Source: Candidatus Multivoradales bacterium
Lineage (GTDB): Bacteria; Acidobacteriota; Thermoanaerobaculia; Multivoradales; JAHEKO01
Reading direction: 5' to 3'
DNA: 64,000 nt
Assembly (NCBI GenBank): GCA_965223155.1
Contig: CBDCVR010000014.1
Coordinates: 96,001-160,000, forward strand
Shown here piece after piece: positions 49,335-58,448 of the stretch. The translations under genes were made by a program, and so were the position numbers. The notes below the pieces were generated by a model, which saw only the letters and a program-made list of their open reading frames with translations, made no database searches and was not told the origin of the DNA. Every line of letters starts with the position of its first letter. Position 1 is the stretch's first letter.

Positions 49335-49661
49335 ACGAACCTCCTCGGCACAACGCCGGCGTCGCCTCTTCGCCCTCGCTCCGCTCGCGTCGGACCCGCC
49401 AGCGTACGGAGGGTACGCCCGCCCCGGCCCCAGTCGCAAGCCCGGCGGATTGACGATTCTGGCGGTTGGTCCGCGCGGCCGAGTCTCGCGCCGACGGCAA
49501 CTCGGCAGCGGTTGGTCGATCAACCGCCGCCGACCTCGAAGAGCCGGAAAATTTCTTAGACATTTCCAAGTGCGACCAACTCGGAAACTTTTGCTAGCAT
49601 CCGTCGCCAAATCCGGGCATTCGCCCCGTCCCGACTCCGTTTTTCCGTTTTCCGTATCGCC

Positions 49662-50936
49662 GTGCGCGTCATCGCTCAGCACAACCTGTGGTTTCGCGGA
49701 CGCCCCCATTTCCGCAACTACCGGATCGACGGCCGCAAGATGATCTCGGTCGATCCGCTGTTGGGGCAGCGGGACAGTTCCGACGCCGCCGCCCTCGCCC
49801 AGGAGATGCAGTGGTTGCACCGCTACACCGGCCGGGACGGATCCAATTTCATCTACTCGCTCGAGTGGTTCCTGCCCGGAAACCTGATCGACCGGAATCT
49901 GGCCAACGTCTTCCTGCCCCAGATCGAAAGTTGCCGGGCCAGGTGGAACATCTTCTACGACCCGGTACTGGCGGTACGACAGCGGGGACTCGAGAACGGC
50001 TTCCCCATCGACTTCGCCCGCCGCGACGTCACTCGCATGTTCAAGCAGGACATCGCCTACCTGGACGCCGCCTACTTCTCCCACCCCAACTACTGGCACA
50101 TCGACGGCAAGCCGGTGCTCTACATCTGGTCGGCCCGGAACGCGATCCGCAACGTCGATCCCGTCTTCCGCCAGGTTCGCAATCAAGGCGTCTTCCTCCT
50201 CGGCGACGTCTTTGGCGGCCACTGGGAGTTCCCCGAGGTCGATGCCGCCACCGGCTTCGTCGCCGCCACCCCTGACCTCATCGGCACCGTCACCGAGGTG
50301 CCCAGAGTCTTCGACAACTTCGAGATCTACTTCGACGAGGTGCGGTCGATGCAGGACGACGAGGGCCGGCCGTATCTCGTGCCGGCCGTCTCGGGCCAGT
50401 ACGACGACACCAACTTCCAGAGCCTCAAGGGCGGCTTCCAGACCCGGTTGCTGGCTACCAACCGGCAAGACATTGAACGGTTTTTTCGCCTGGCCGAGCG
50501 CAGTGCCGACCCGATCCACGGCGAACGCTACGTCTGGCTAGGCACGACCAACAACTGGGCCGAGGGCGCAACGCTCTTGCCGACCGTCCTGCGCCGGCCC
50601 CGGTACCTGAGCGAGCGCAAAGGCCTGATCCGGATGGGCAACTACGCCTTTGAGCATCTCGAAGCGGTGCACAGCGTCTTCTTCCGCCGCGAGCCCAAGT
50701 ACAAGGGACCCAAGATCGAAACGACCCAGACCGGCGCTGTCCGCTTCTTTGACTGCGACGTTCTGGGGCGGCTCAAGGTCATCGGCTCGGTGGACAACGC
50801 GCCGCACTGGCCGAGCGGCCGGAATCTCGAGACCCAAGCCGACGGGACCCATACCTGGTTGCCTCGAAACCCAAAAAATGTTCGGATGCGGTTCGTGAAC
50901 CTGGATCGGAAGATCGCTACACTGGAGATTCGGTAA
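49662..50936 (+). CDS. GH99/GH71-like glycoside hydrolase-fold protein, paralogue B
   Basis: PLLG, FYDPVLA, YFSHPNYWHIDGKPVLYIW, QYDD and NNWAEG motifs. Colinear with paralogue A. Confidence 0.65.
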   Translation: MRVIAQHNLWFRGRPHFRNYRIDGRKMISVDPLLGQRDSSDAAALAQEMQWLHRYTGRDGSNFIYSLEWFLPGNLIDRNLANVFLPQIESCRARWNIFYDPVLAVRQRGLENGFPIDFARRDVTRMFKQDIAYLDAAYFSHPNYWHIDGKPVLYIWSARNAIRNVDPVFRQVRNQGVFLLGDVFGGHWEFPEVDAATGFVAATPDLIGTVTEVPRVFDNFEIYFDEVRSMQDDEGRPYLVPAVSGQYDDTNFQSLKGGFQTRLLATNRQDIERFFRLAERSADPIHGERYVWLGTTNNWAEGATLLPTVLRRPRYLSERKGLIRMGNYAFEHLEAVHSVFFRREPKYKGPKIETTQTGAVRFFDCDVLGRLKVIGSVDNAPHWPSGRNLETQADGTHTWLPRNPKNVRMRFVNLDRKIATLEIR

Positions 50937-51589
50937 TGCCCTCGACCAAGCCCCGCCGCCCGACCCGGCGCCAGCTCCTGTCCCGATCGCTGGCGGTGTT
51001 CGCCGGTTTGGCCGCGCCGGCCGCGGCGCGACGAGCCGTCGCGGCGATGCCTTCGCAGCCGGAGCAGCCCGGCCGAAGCACCAACCTGAGTGCCGGGGGA
51101 TCTGTACCGCAGTCGCCCGGTACCCGGAACCCGGGAATTTCGGAGATCCCGGTCGATCTTCCCGGGGGCCAGCGCCTAGCCTCCAAGTTCCTGGCCGAGC
51201 TCACCGGCCGGCGCCACGCAGCTCCCCTCTGCTGGCAAGCGGACAGAACCCGGCTCGTCGCCCGGGCCGGCGACCTCTGGATCGAGACCGAGGCCGCCGG
51301 TGACGCACGGTCCTGGACCTACGTCGGCGATCCGGACGCCAGCGAGGGTCTTGTCCTCGCGCACGAGAACGGTCGCATCCGGCGGGTGACGCTCACCACC
51401 CCGGGCCGCGTTGCCACACCGGGAGTCGCCACCTACGACACCCTGCGGGTTCGTCCCGACGGCGTCGAGCTGACCTTCTCGAGCGAGCTGGCGCTCCGGT
51501 ACACCGCGACGCATTGGATCCCGGGAGGCGCCCTGCCTCCCGTCTATCAGGATCTCCTCGACGCGCTGCCTCCCGTCGAAGTGGCCTGA
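50936..51589 (+). CDS. Hypothetical protein with twin-arginine (Tat) signal
   Basis: TRRQLLSRSLAVFAGLAAPAAARRAVA N-terminus. TAATG overlap with the preceding gene. Confidence 0.6.
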   Translation: MPSTKPRRPTRRQLLSRSLAVFAGLAAPAAARRAVAAMPSQPEQPGRSTNLSAGGSVPQSPGTRNPGISEIPVDLPGGQRLASKFLAELTGRRHAAPLCWQADRTRLVARAGDLWIETEAAGDARSWTYVGDPDASEGLVLAHENGRIRRVTLTTPGRVATPGVATYDTLRVRPDGVELTFSSELALRYTATHWIPGGALPPVYQDLLDALPPVEVA

Positions 51590-51680
51590 GCTTTTTCGGA
51601 CCGAGCCCTGCCGCCCGAGCCCGCTGAAGGCCCGGGGCTTTCTGGGCTTTCCGAGCTTTCTGAGCAGGCCGCCGCCCCGC

Positions 51681-53417
51681 CTACATCGAGAGCGAGCCCT
51701 TGCGAAAGTCGGACTTGGCAAGGAGCACATTGAGGAGGGCCGGCCGACCGGCGGCGGCGTCGGCCTTGGCGGCTTCGATCGCGGGCACGATCTGATCTTC
51801 CGACTCCACCAGGTACCCCCGGCCGCCGTAGCCCTCGGCCACCACGTCGTAGTCCGTCCTGCGGAGAACGGTGCCCACGTCGTCGCCGAGGATCTCGACC
51901 TGGTCGCGGGCGATCTGAGCCCACGAGGCGTCGTTGCCCACCACCGCGATGACTCCAAGTCCGTGCCGGACGAAGGTGTCGAACTCGGCCAACGAATACG
52001 CCGACGACCCGTCGCCGTAGACAAGCCAGGTCTCGGCCTCCGGTCGGGCCAGGGCCGCGCCCAACGCGAAGCCGCCGCCGACGCCCAGGGTCCCGAAGAC
52101 ACCGGGGTCCAGCCACGATAGCGGCGAGCGCGGCGCCAGGATGTAGGACGCCGTCGCCACGAAGTCGCCGCCGTCAACGACGAACACGGCGTCGGCCTCG
52201 GCCCGAGCTTCGATCTCCCGGAACAGACCCAGCGGGTTGACATACTGGCCGGCCGGCTCGGCGCGCACCGAGATTTCGGCCTCGCGCTCGTCCTGAAGCT
52301 TCCGGAGCTCGGCGGTCCAGGCAGCCACCGGCTGCGGCCCGGCGGCGGCGGCAAGAGCCCGCAGGAAGGCGCCGGCGTCGCACCTCGCGGGCAGGTTCGG
52401 CCGCCGGTTCTTGACGAGGTCCTCGTCGCTCCGGTTGGCCGAGATCAGAAACGCCCGGCTGGCGATCTGGCGCCCGTAGTCGAGCCGGAAGTCGCAGGGA
52501 ACTCCCGCCAGGAGGACCAGATCGGCGCGGCGCAGGGCCTGGCGCCGGTGATGCCGCATCTGGAGCTCGCTCGACCGGCCTAGAAGCCCGCGTCCCATTC
52601 CAGACAGATAGACCGGAATCTGCAGGCGCTCGACGGCCGCGGCGAGCTCGGGAACCGCGGCAACGTCCGTCAAGGCCTGACTCCCGATCATCAGCACCGG
52701 CCGCTCGGCCCGGCGCAGGCGGCGAACGGCTCGGCGCAGATCTGAGGCCGCGGGCGGCGGTGCCGGAGCCGCGCTCGGCTCGGAGACCGACGCCGCATCC
52801 TGGCGCCCGAAGAGGCCCCGCAGATGGCGCTCCAGATAGAACCGCAACGCGCGCGCGCCCAGGCCGCCCGTCTCCGGCACCCCCGAGAGGTAGAGCTCGC
52901 GGACCGAGGCTTCCGGATACAGCAGATCCACGGGGCACTCCAGGAACACCGGCCCGGGCACTCCGTCCCGCGCGATTTCGAAGGCCTGTTCGAGGAGCGG
53001 CACCAGCTCGCGCACCCGCCGGGCGCTGCCGCACCACTTGACGTGGGGCTCGACCAGCGCCATCTGATCGATGTCCTGCAGCGAGCCCCGGCCCTTGAGG
53101 ATGGTGCCCGTGGCCCCGCCCAGGATCACGACCGGGGACTGCGCCATCTGCGCGTTCTTGACCGCGGTGATGGTGTTGGTGACCCCGGGACCGGCGGTGA
53201 CGGCGGCGACCCCCGGCACCCCGGTAAGCCGCGCCACCGCGTCGGCGGCGAAGGCCGCGCTGGCCTCGTCGCGAACGTCCACGACCTGGATGCCACGCCG
53301 CTTCGCCCCCAGCAGAATCGGTGAGATATGTCCGCCGCACAGAGTAAAGACGAAGCGGACCCCCTGGGCCTCCAGAACCTCGCCGATGCGATCGCCGCCG
53401 GTCTTCGGATCACCCAC
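51681..53417 (-). CDS. Thiamine diphosphate enzyme (ILVBL/2-hydroxyacyl-CoA lyase-like)
   Basis: [26 protein letters not shown] and GDGS...GND TPP motif. Confidence 0.88.
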   Translation of the reverse strand: MGDPKTGGDRIGEVLEAQGVRFVFTLCGGHISPILLGAKRRGIQVVDVRDEASAAFAADAVARLTGVPGVAAVTAGPGVTNTITAVKNAQMAQSPVVILGGATGTILKGRGSLQDIDQMALVEPHVKWCGSARRVRELVPLLEQAFEIARDGVPGPVFLECPVDLLYPEASVRELYLSGVPETGGLGARALRFYLERHLRGLFGRQDAASVSEPSAAPAPPPAASDLRRAVRRLRRAERPVLMIGSQALTDVAAVPELAAAVERLQIPVYLSGMGRGLLGRSSELQMRHHRRQALRRADLVLLAGVPCDFRLDYGRQIASRAFLISANRSDEDLVKNRRPNLPARCDAGAFLRALAAAAGPQPVAAWTAELRKLQDEREAEISVRAEPAGQYVNPLGLFREIEARAEADAVFVVDGGDFVATASYILAPRSPLSWLDPGVFGTLGVGGGFALGAALARPEAETWLVYGDGSSAYSLAEFDTFVRHGLGVIAVVGNDASWAQIARDQVEILGDDVGTVLRRTDYDVVAEGYGGRGYLVESEDQIVPAIEAAKADAAAGRPALLNVLLAKSDFRKGSLSM

Positions 53418-53420
53418 GGC

Positions 53421-53840
53421 TCAAGCCTCGGGCGCCGCGTCCAGCACGGGACCGTCGGTCACGTAGCAGGTGAACTCGCCGGCAACAACCACCCGATCTC
53501 CGTCCCGAACCTCGACCGCCACCTGGTGGCGCTTGCCCTCGGAGGACTCCACTCGAGCCTCGGCCACGAGGCTCGCCCCCACCCGCACGGGCCCCAGGAA
53601 GCGGGTGGCGGCCTTGCCCAGGACCACCGTGGGCTCGTTGACGGCCAGCATCGCCGCATAATCGGCCAGTCCGAAGACGAAGCCGCCGTGCACCAGTCCG
53701 TGCTCGTCGGCGGCCATCTCCTCGAGCGTCCGGAGCTCGACTCGAGCTCGACCCGGCCCGAGATCGACGGGACGGCCGCACAGGCCGGCGTCGATCCGCT
53801 CGTGCGTGCGGACTCCGAGCCGGTCGGCCGCGCAACTCAC
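53421..53840 (-). CDS. PaaI/hotdog-fold thioesterase
   Basis: [23 protein letters not shown]. Confidence 0.85.
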   Translation of the reverse strand: MSCAADRLGVRTHERIDAGLCGRPVDLGPGRARVELRTLEEMAADEHGLVHGGFVFGLADYAAMLAVNEPTVVLGKAATRFLGPVRVGASLVAEARVESSEGKRHQVAVEVRDGDRVVVAGEFTCYVTDGPVLDAAPEA

Positions 53841-54013
53841 CGTACCTGCCTCCGCCTCGCACTCACCGCGCGAGCCTACCGTACCCGTGGCCCGCAGAAC
53901 GAGGGACGCGCCCCCCGGCCGAGCGCGCTAGAATGCCGCCGCGGCACCAACGGTGTGACCGCGAATCGCCTGATCCTTTGGCGATCCCCTGGCAATTTTC
54001 TGGAGACTCTCGT

Positions 54014-54445
54014 ATGCCCTATAGCCCACTGCTCGTCCAACCCATGCGCGAGGAGCTGACCTCGGTCGGCTTCCAAGACCTTCGCACCGCCGAAGACGTG
54101 GATTCCTTCCTGGCTGAGGGTGAGGGCTCGGCCCTGCTCGTCATCAACTCGGTCTGCGGTTGCGCCGCCGGCCAGGCTCGCCCCGGCGTGCGGGCCGCTG
54201 TCACCGGCCCTCTCCGTCCCGACCGGCTAGGCACGGTCTTCGCCGGCCAGGACCTCGAGGCCACGGCGCGCGCACGCTCGCATTTCGCCGACGTGCCGCC
54301 TTCGAGTCCTTCGATCGCTCTCTTCCGGGGCGGCGAGTTGGTCTATTTCGTTCCCCGGCATCGGATCGAGAACCGCTCCGCCGAAGACGTCGCCCAGGAC
54401 CTGACCGCCGCGTTCGAGCGCGATCTGGCGCCGGCGGCCTCCTGA
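54014..54445 (+). CDS. Bacilliredoxin (BrxA/BrxB, YphP/YqiW family)
   Basis: PMREELT, INSVCGCAAG.ARP, TVFAGQD and PPSSPSIALF motifs. Confidence 0.9.
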   Translation: MPYSPLLVQPMREELTSVGFQDLRTAEDVDSFLAEGEGSALLVINSVCGCAAGQARPGVRAAVTGPLRPDRLGTVFAGQDLEATARARSHFADVPPSSPSIALFRGGELVYFVPRHRIENRSAEDVAQDLTAAFERDLAPAAS

Positions 54446-54497
54446 ACCCGGGATTCCCGCCTCCGCCACCAACTACTTCCCGAGACCACGGATCTCC

Positions 54498-54791
54498 ATG
54501 GGCACCTTCCACGACGGCAAGAGCCGGTTCCACGGCATCACGGTCGTGGTCGAGACCACGGACGGCTCGGTCTACGTTGGCCGTTGCGAAGACGAGGACG
54601 GCACCGCGGTGGTCCTCCTGGACGGGGACGTCCACCGCCCCGACGACGAGCTGACCCGCGCGGCCTACCTCGAGCGCGCCTGGCAGGTGGGCGTCTGGAA
54701 GCGGTTCGACCGTCTGGTGCTCGACCGAACCGACGTCGTCGGGCTCGAGCCCCTGGGCGAGCTTTCCGACAAGGAAGGCGCTTCCGGTTGA
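54498..54791 (+). CDS. Small hypothetical protein
   Basis: Coding-like codon usage, TTGA overlap with the next gene. Confidence 0.6.
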   Translation: MGTFHDGKSRFHGITVVVETTDGSVYVGRCEDEDGTAVVLLDGDVHRPDDELTRAAYLERAWQVGVWKRFDRLVLDRTDVVGLEPLGELSDKEGASG

Positions 54792-55153
54792 ACTGGCTCG
54801 CGGCCGGCCTGGTGGCCTGCGCCTTGTCGGTGGCCGCGGGAGCCTTCGGCGCCCATGGTCTCCGGTCGCGGCTGGACGCCCACGGCCTGGAGCTCTGGGA
54901 GACCGCGGCCCGGTATCTGATGTACGGCGGCTTCGCCCTGGCGCTCGTCGGCCTGGCCGGGCGGACCGGCTGGCGAACCAGCCTGGACGGCCCGGGCGCC
55001 TGCCTGCTGGCCGGCTCGCTGATCTTCAGCGGCACCGTCTTCGCCCTGGCCCTGGGCGCGCCCCGCTGGCTCGGCGCGATCACGCCGATCGGCGGCACCT
55101 TGCTGATCGCCGGCCTGGTCTGGTTCGCGATCCAGGCCGCCTCTGGCTCCTAG
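54788..55153 (+). CDS. DUF423 (YgdD/TMEM256) membrane protein
   Basis: GAFGAHGL...WETA..Y...IFSGT...LGAITPIGG. TTG start at 54788. Confidence 0.9.
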   Translation: MNWLAAGLVACALSVAAGAFGAHGLRSRLDAHGLELWETAARYLMYGGFALALVGLAGRTGWRTSLDGPGACLLAGSLIFSGTVFALALGAPRWLGAITPIGGTLLIAGLVWFAIQAASGS

Positions 55154-55172
55154 GGGTTCCTAGCAGTCCGCG

Positions 55173-56816
55173 CTAGCCGTCGTCGCCGTCCGGCGCCATG
55201 TGCGGGTAGGCGAACGAAGTCGGAGCCACGAAGGTCTCCTTGATCGCCCGCTGCGAGGTCCAGCGCAGCAGGTTGAGAGGCGATCCCGCCTTGTCGTTCG
55301 TGCCCGAGGCTCGCGAGCCTCCGAACGGCTGCTGGCCGACCACCGCGCCGGTGGGCTTATCGTTGACGTAGAAGTTTCCGGCGGCGTGACGGAACCGGCC
55401 GGTGAGCTCGGCCACGGCCCGGCGGTCCTGGGCGAAGATCGCCCCGGTCAAGGCGTACGGACTGGTCTCATCGCACAGCGTCACGGTTTCGTCCAGCTCG
55501 TCGTCGTCGTAGACGTGAATGGTCAGGACCGGCCCGAAGATCTCCTCGCACATCAGTTTCGAGCCCGGATCGCGGGACATCACCACCGTGGGCTCGACGA
55601 AGTATCCGGTCGATTTGTCGCCATTGCCGCCGGCCAGGATCTCGAGCTCCGGATTCTCGCGGGCGTGATCGATGTAGCCCATGATGTTGTCGAACGAGCT
55701 CTCGTCGATGACCGCGGCCATGAAGTTCGAGAAATCCAGCGGCGAGCCCATCGTCACTTGGGCCAGCTCGTCTTCGAGCCGGTCCCGCACGTCGCCCCAG
55801 AGCGAGCTGGGCACGTAGGCGCGCGAAGCCGCCGAGCACTTCTGGCCCTGATACTCAAAGGCGCCTCGAATCATGGCGATCACCAGCCGATTCACGTCGG
55901 CCGAAGGATGGGCAAAGATGAAGTCCTTGCCGCCGGTTTCGCCCACGATCCGCGGGTACGTGCGATACCGATCGATCGACGAGCCGATAGTCTTCCACAT
56001 GCCCTGAAAGACGCCGGTCGATCCGGTGAAGTGCACGCCGGCGAGCGCCGGGCTGGCGAGCACCGGGTCGCCGACCTCGCGGCCGCTGCCGGGCAGGAAG
56101 TTGAGGACACCCGGCGGCATGCCGGCTTCTTCCAAGAGCTTCATGATGTAGTACGCGGGCAGCACCGCGGTCGAAGCCGGCTTCCAGAGCACGGTGTTGC
56201 CCATGAGCGCCGGCGCCGTCGGCAAGTTGCCGGCGATCGAGGTGAAGTTGAACGGGGTGACCGCGAAAACGAAGCCTTCCAGGGCCCGGTACTCCACCCG
56301 ATCCCAGATGCCCGGCGCCGAGCGCGGCTGCTCTTCCAGCATCGCCCGCATGTAGAAGGGATTGAAGCGCCAGAAATCGACCAGCTCGCAAGCGGAATCG
56401 ATCTCGGCCTGGAAAACGGTCTTCGACTGGTTGAGCATGGTCGCGGCATTGACCGTGTCGCGCCACGGCCCGGCCAGAAGATCCGCCGCCTTGAGCAGCA
56501 CTCCGGCGCGGTCCTCCCACGCCATCTCCGACCAGTCGCGCCAGGCCTCCTGGGAAGCCTCGACGGCGTCGGCCGCCTCCTTGGCGCCCGCTTGGTGAAA
56601 GCGAGCCAGGACGTGCCCGTGATCGTGCGGGCAGACCGACTCGGCCAGATTGCCGGTGCGCACCTCTTCGCCGCCGACGATCAGCGGAATCTCGACCACC
56701 TCGCCCAGCATCTCTTGCAGACGCTCTTCGAGCGACCGGCGCTCGGGGCTACCGGGGGCATAGTCGCGGATGGGCTCGTTCTTGGGGTCGGGAACGCTGG
56801 TAATTCCAAGGGCCAT
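55173..56816 (-). CDS. pruA: 1-pyrroline-5-carboxylate (glutamate semialdehyde) dehydrogenase
   Basis: PFNFTSI, FTGST, GETGGK, FEYQGQKCSA, EEIFGP and QPFGGSRASGTNDK motifs. Confidence 0.93.
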   Translation of the reverse strand: MALGITSVPDPKNEPIRDYAPGSPERRSLEERLQEMLGEVVEIPLIVGGEEVRTGNLAESVCPHDHGHVLARFHQAGAKEAADAVEASQEAWRDWSEMAWEDRAGVLLKAADLLAGPWRDTVNAATMLNQSKTVFQAEIDSACELVDFWRFNPFYMRAMLEEQPRSAPGIWDRVEYRALEGFVFAVTPFNFTSIAGNLPTAPALMGNTVLWKPASTAVLPAYYIMKLLEEAGMPPGVLNFLPGSGREVGDPVLASPALAGVHFTGSTGVFQGMWKTIGSSIDRYRTYPRIVGETGGKDFIFAHPSADVNRLVIAMIRGAFEYQGQKCSAASRAYVPSSLWGDVRDRLEDELAQVTMGSPLDFSNFMAAVIDESSFDNIMGYIDHARENPELEILAGGNGDKSTGYFVEPTVVMSRDPGSKLMCEEIFGPVLTIHVYDDDELDETVTLCDETSPYALTGAIFAQDRRAVAELTGRFRHAAGNFYVNDKPTGAVVGQQPFGGSRASGTNDKAGSPLNLLRWTSQRAIKETFVAPTSFAYPHMAPDGDDG

Positions 56817-56987
56817 GGTTTCTCCTGGAGAAGCTGCGGTGTCGATGAGGGGCGCCCCCATGGGCCGGCGGCGGACATGATGCTACCGACTCGCACTGCC
56901 GCCCGCAACGGCCGGCGGACGGCCGGACCGGCCCGTCTGGCCGCGCTCCGACGGGGACTACCAAGACGGTGCTATAGACTCCGCCGC

Positions 56988-57887
56988 ATGCCCGGCCAAG
57001 CTCTTCGCGGCACCGATCCGGTCGGTCGACCGTATCGCCGCCGGGCAGGATTCTCGTTCGCTCTCCTGGCTCTGGTCGTGCTCGTCCTCCCGGCTTGCGC
57101 ACCGGTGCCGGCTGATCCGTCTTCCCCGTCTTCCGAGACCGGCGCGGGCAGTGCTGCGCCTCCGGCAAACGAGCCGACCCCGAGCTCCGAGCCGGCCAGG
57201 AGCGCACGCGCGGGCAAGGTCCCGGACGCCCTGGCGGAGCTCGCCGCCACGGCGGCCGAGCGCAGGCTGAGCGCAGCCTTCCTGATCGTCGACGGCGTCT
57301 ACAACACCGAGCTCACCGCGCCCTACGACGTTCTCGAACACAGCCTCTACCACGCACCGGACGGCCTCGGTATCCAGCCCTTTACGGTGGCGCCCTCGCT
57401 CGAGCCGGTCACCACCGCCGAGGGACTGCGGCTGCTCGCGGACCATGACTTCGCGAGCGCACCCGACTTCGACATCCTGGTCGTTCCTAGCGCCCAGGGC
57501 AGCCGGGACCGGGATCTGGAATCGGAGGAGCTGATCGCCTGGGTTCGTAATCGGGGCGGCTCGGCATCCCTCGTGATGTCGCTTTGCTGGGGCGCCTTCG
57601 TCCTGGCCGAAGCGGACCTCTTGACTGGCGCCTCCTGCACGACCTTTCCCGGCGACTACGACGCCTTCGCCAAGCGCTACCCGGAGCTGGACCTGCGCAT
57701 CAACGTGTCCTTCGTACACGACGGCAAGGCCCTCACGTCCCAGGGCGGCGCGCGCAGCTTCGACGCCGCCATGTATCTCGTGGAGCGGCTCTACGGCGAG
57801 GCGGCGGCCACCGGCGTCGGACGCGGCCTGCTGATTCCCTGGCCGCCCGAGGCCGGCGACGTACCCTACCTGCGCGCCTCGCGCTAG
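56988..57887 (+). CDS. DJ-1/PfpI family lipoprotein
   Basis: Lipobox LPAC, NTELTAPYDV, DILVVP and SLCWGAF nucleophile elbow. Confidence 0.82.
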   Translation: MPGQALRGTDPVGRPYRRRAGFSFALLALVVLVLPACAPVPADPSSPSSETGAGSAAPPANEPTPSSEPARSARAGKVPDALAELAATAAERRLSAAFLIVDGVYNTELTAPYDVLEHSLYHAPDGLGIQPFTVAPSLEPVTTAEGLRLLADHDFASAPDFDILVVPSAQGSRDRDLESEELIAWVRNRGGSASLVMSLCWGAFVLAEADLLTGASCTTFPGDYDAFAKRYPELDLRINVSFVHDGKALTSQGGARSFDAAMYLVERLYGEAAATGVGRGLLIPWPPEAGDVPYLRASR

Positions 57888-57900
57888 CCGCCAACTCACG

Positions 57901-58115
57901 ATGCCGTCGAGTCGATTCGAGCCGGCCCTGGCCAAGCCACTTGTCGGCCACCTCGACCCGCAGCTGCTGGCGATCAGGGACGAGCTCCGGGACATGCTCC
58001 GCCGGGTCTTCGTCACCGAGACCGCCTGACGGTCGCGATCTCGGGCACCGGCAGCGCCGGCATGGAAGCCGATTCTCCTCGCCACCGAGCCTGACCTCGG
58101 TTGCCACCTCGCAAC
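57901..58115 (+). pseudogene. Remnant of a class V PLP aminotransferase (alanine-glyoxylate/serine-pyruvate type)
   Basis: ALAKPLVGHLDPQLLAIRDELRDMLRRVF.T, then after a frameshift LTVAISGTGSAGMEA, then a possible C-terminal scrap PSLTSV. Confidence 0.7.
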
Positions 58116-58448
58116 ATCCCTGCGCCAGCGGCACGGCTCATCGACGGCCTTCCGGCCGGTAGCTCGAGCCGTCATACGCAGTTGGCGAGGACTTGCGCTT
58201 GCTTTCAGCAATCCTTTCGACTATCTTCGGAATCCTCACGACATTAGGGATGGTGCACTACGCGAGTCTCGGGACGATCTTGGCCTAGCCGGCGGCGGTT
58301 GCCGGCCGGTCGGATTGCGCTGTGGCCGCATGGCCGCGGCGAGTCCAAGAATCGGGGCCGTTCGGCGCCGAGGGCCCTCCCCGGGGCGCAAACACCCTGG
58401 AAACCGGCCCGCCCGGGACTCCGGACTGACGATGAGAGGAGATGGGGA

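Noticed and set aside
49540-49600. GGAAAATTTC / CGGAAACTTTT as further copies of the sigma54 enhancer
   Set aside because: These are only half-site matches, and no -24/-12 box was found nearby.
47958-50519. 853-aa ORF as one protein
   Set aside because: The N-terminal 395 or so codons are the antisense shadow of the 49662..50936 gene plus intergenic DNA. Real similarity starts at 49334.
51630-51665. Three 9-bp G(G/A)GCTTTC(T/C) repeats between convergent genes
   Set aside because: Too short and located in a 3'-3' gap; most likely slippage with no evident function.
55200-57887. 895-aa ORF ending in a DJ-1 domain
   Set aside because: The first 596 or so codons are the antisense shadow of pruA. 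The true start is ATG 56988.
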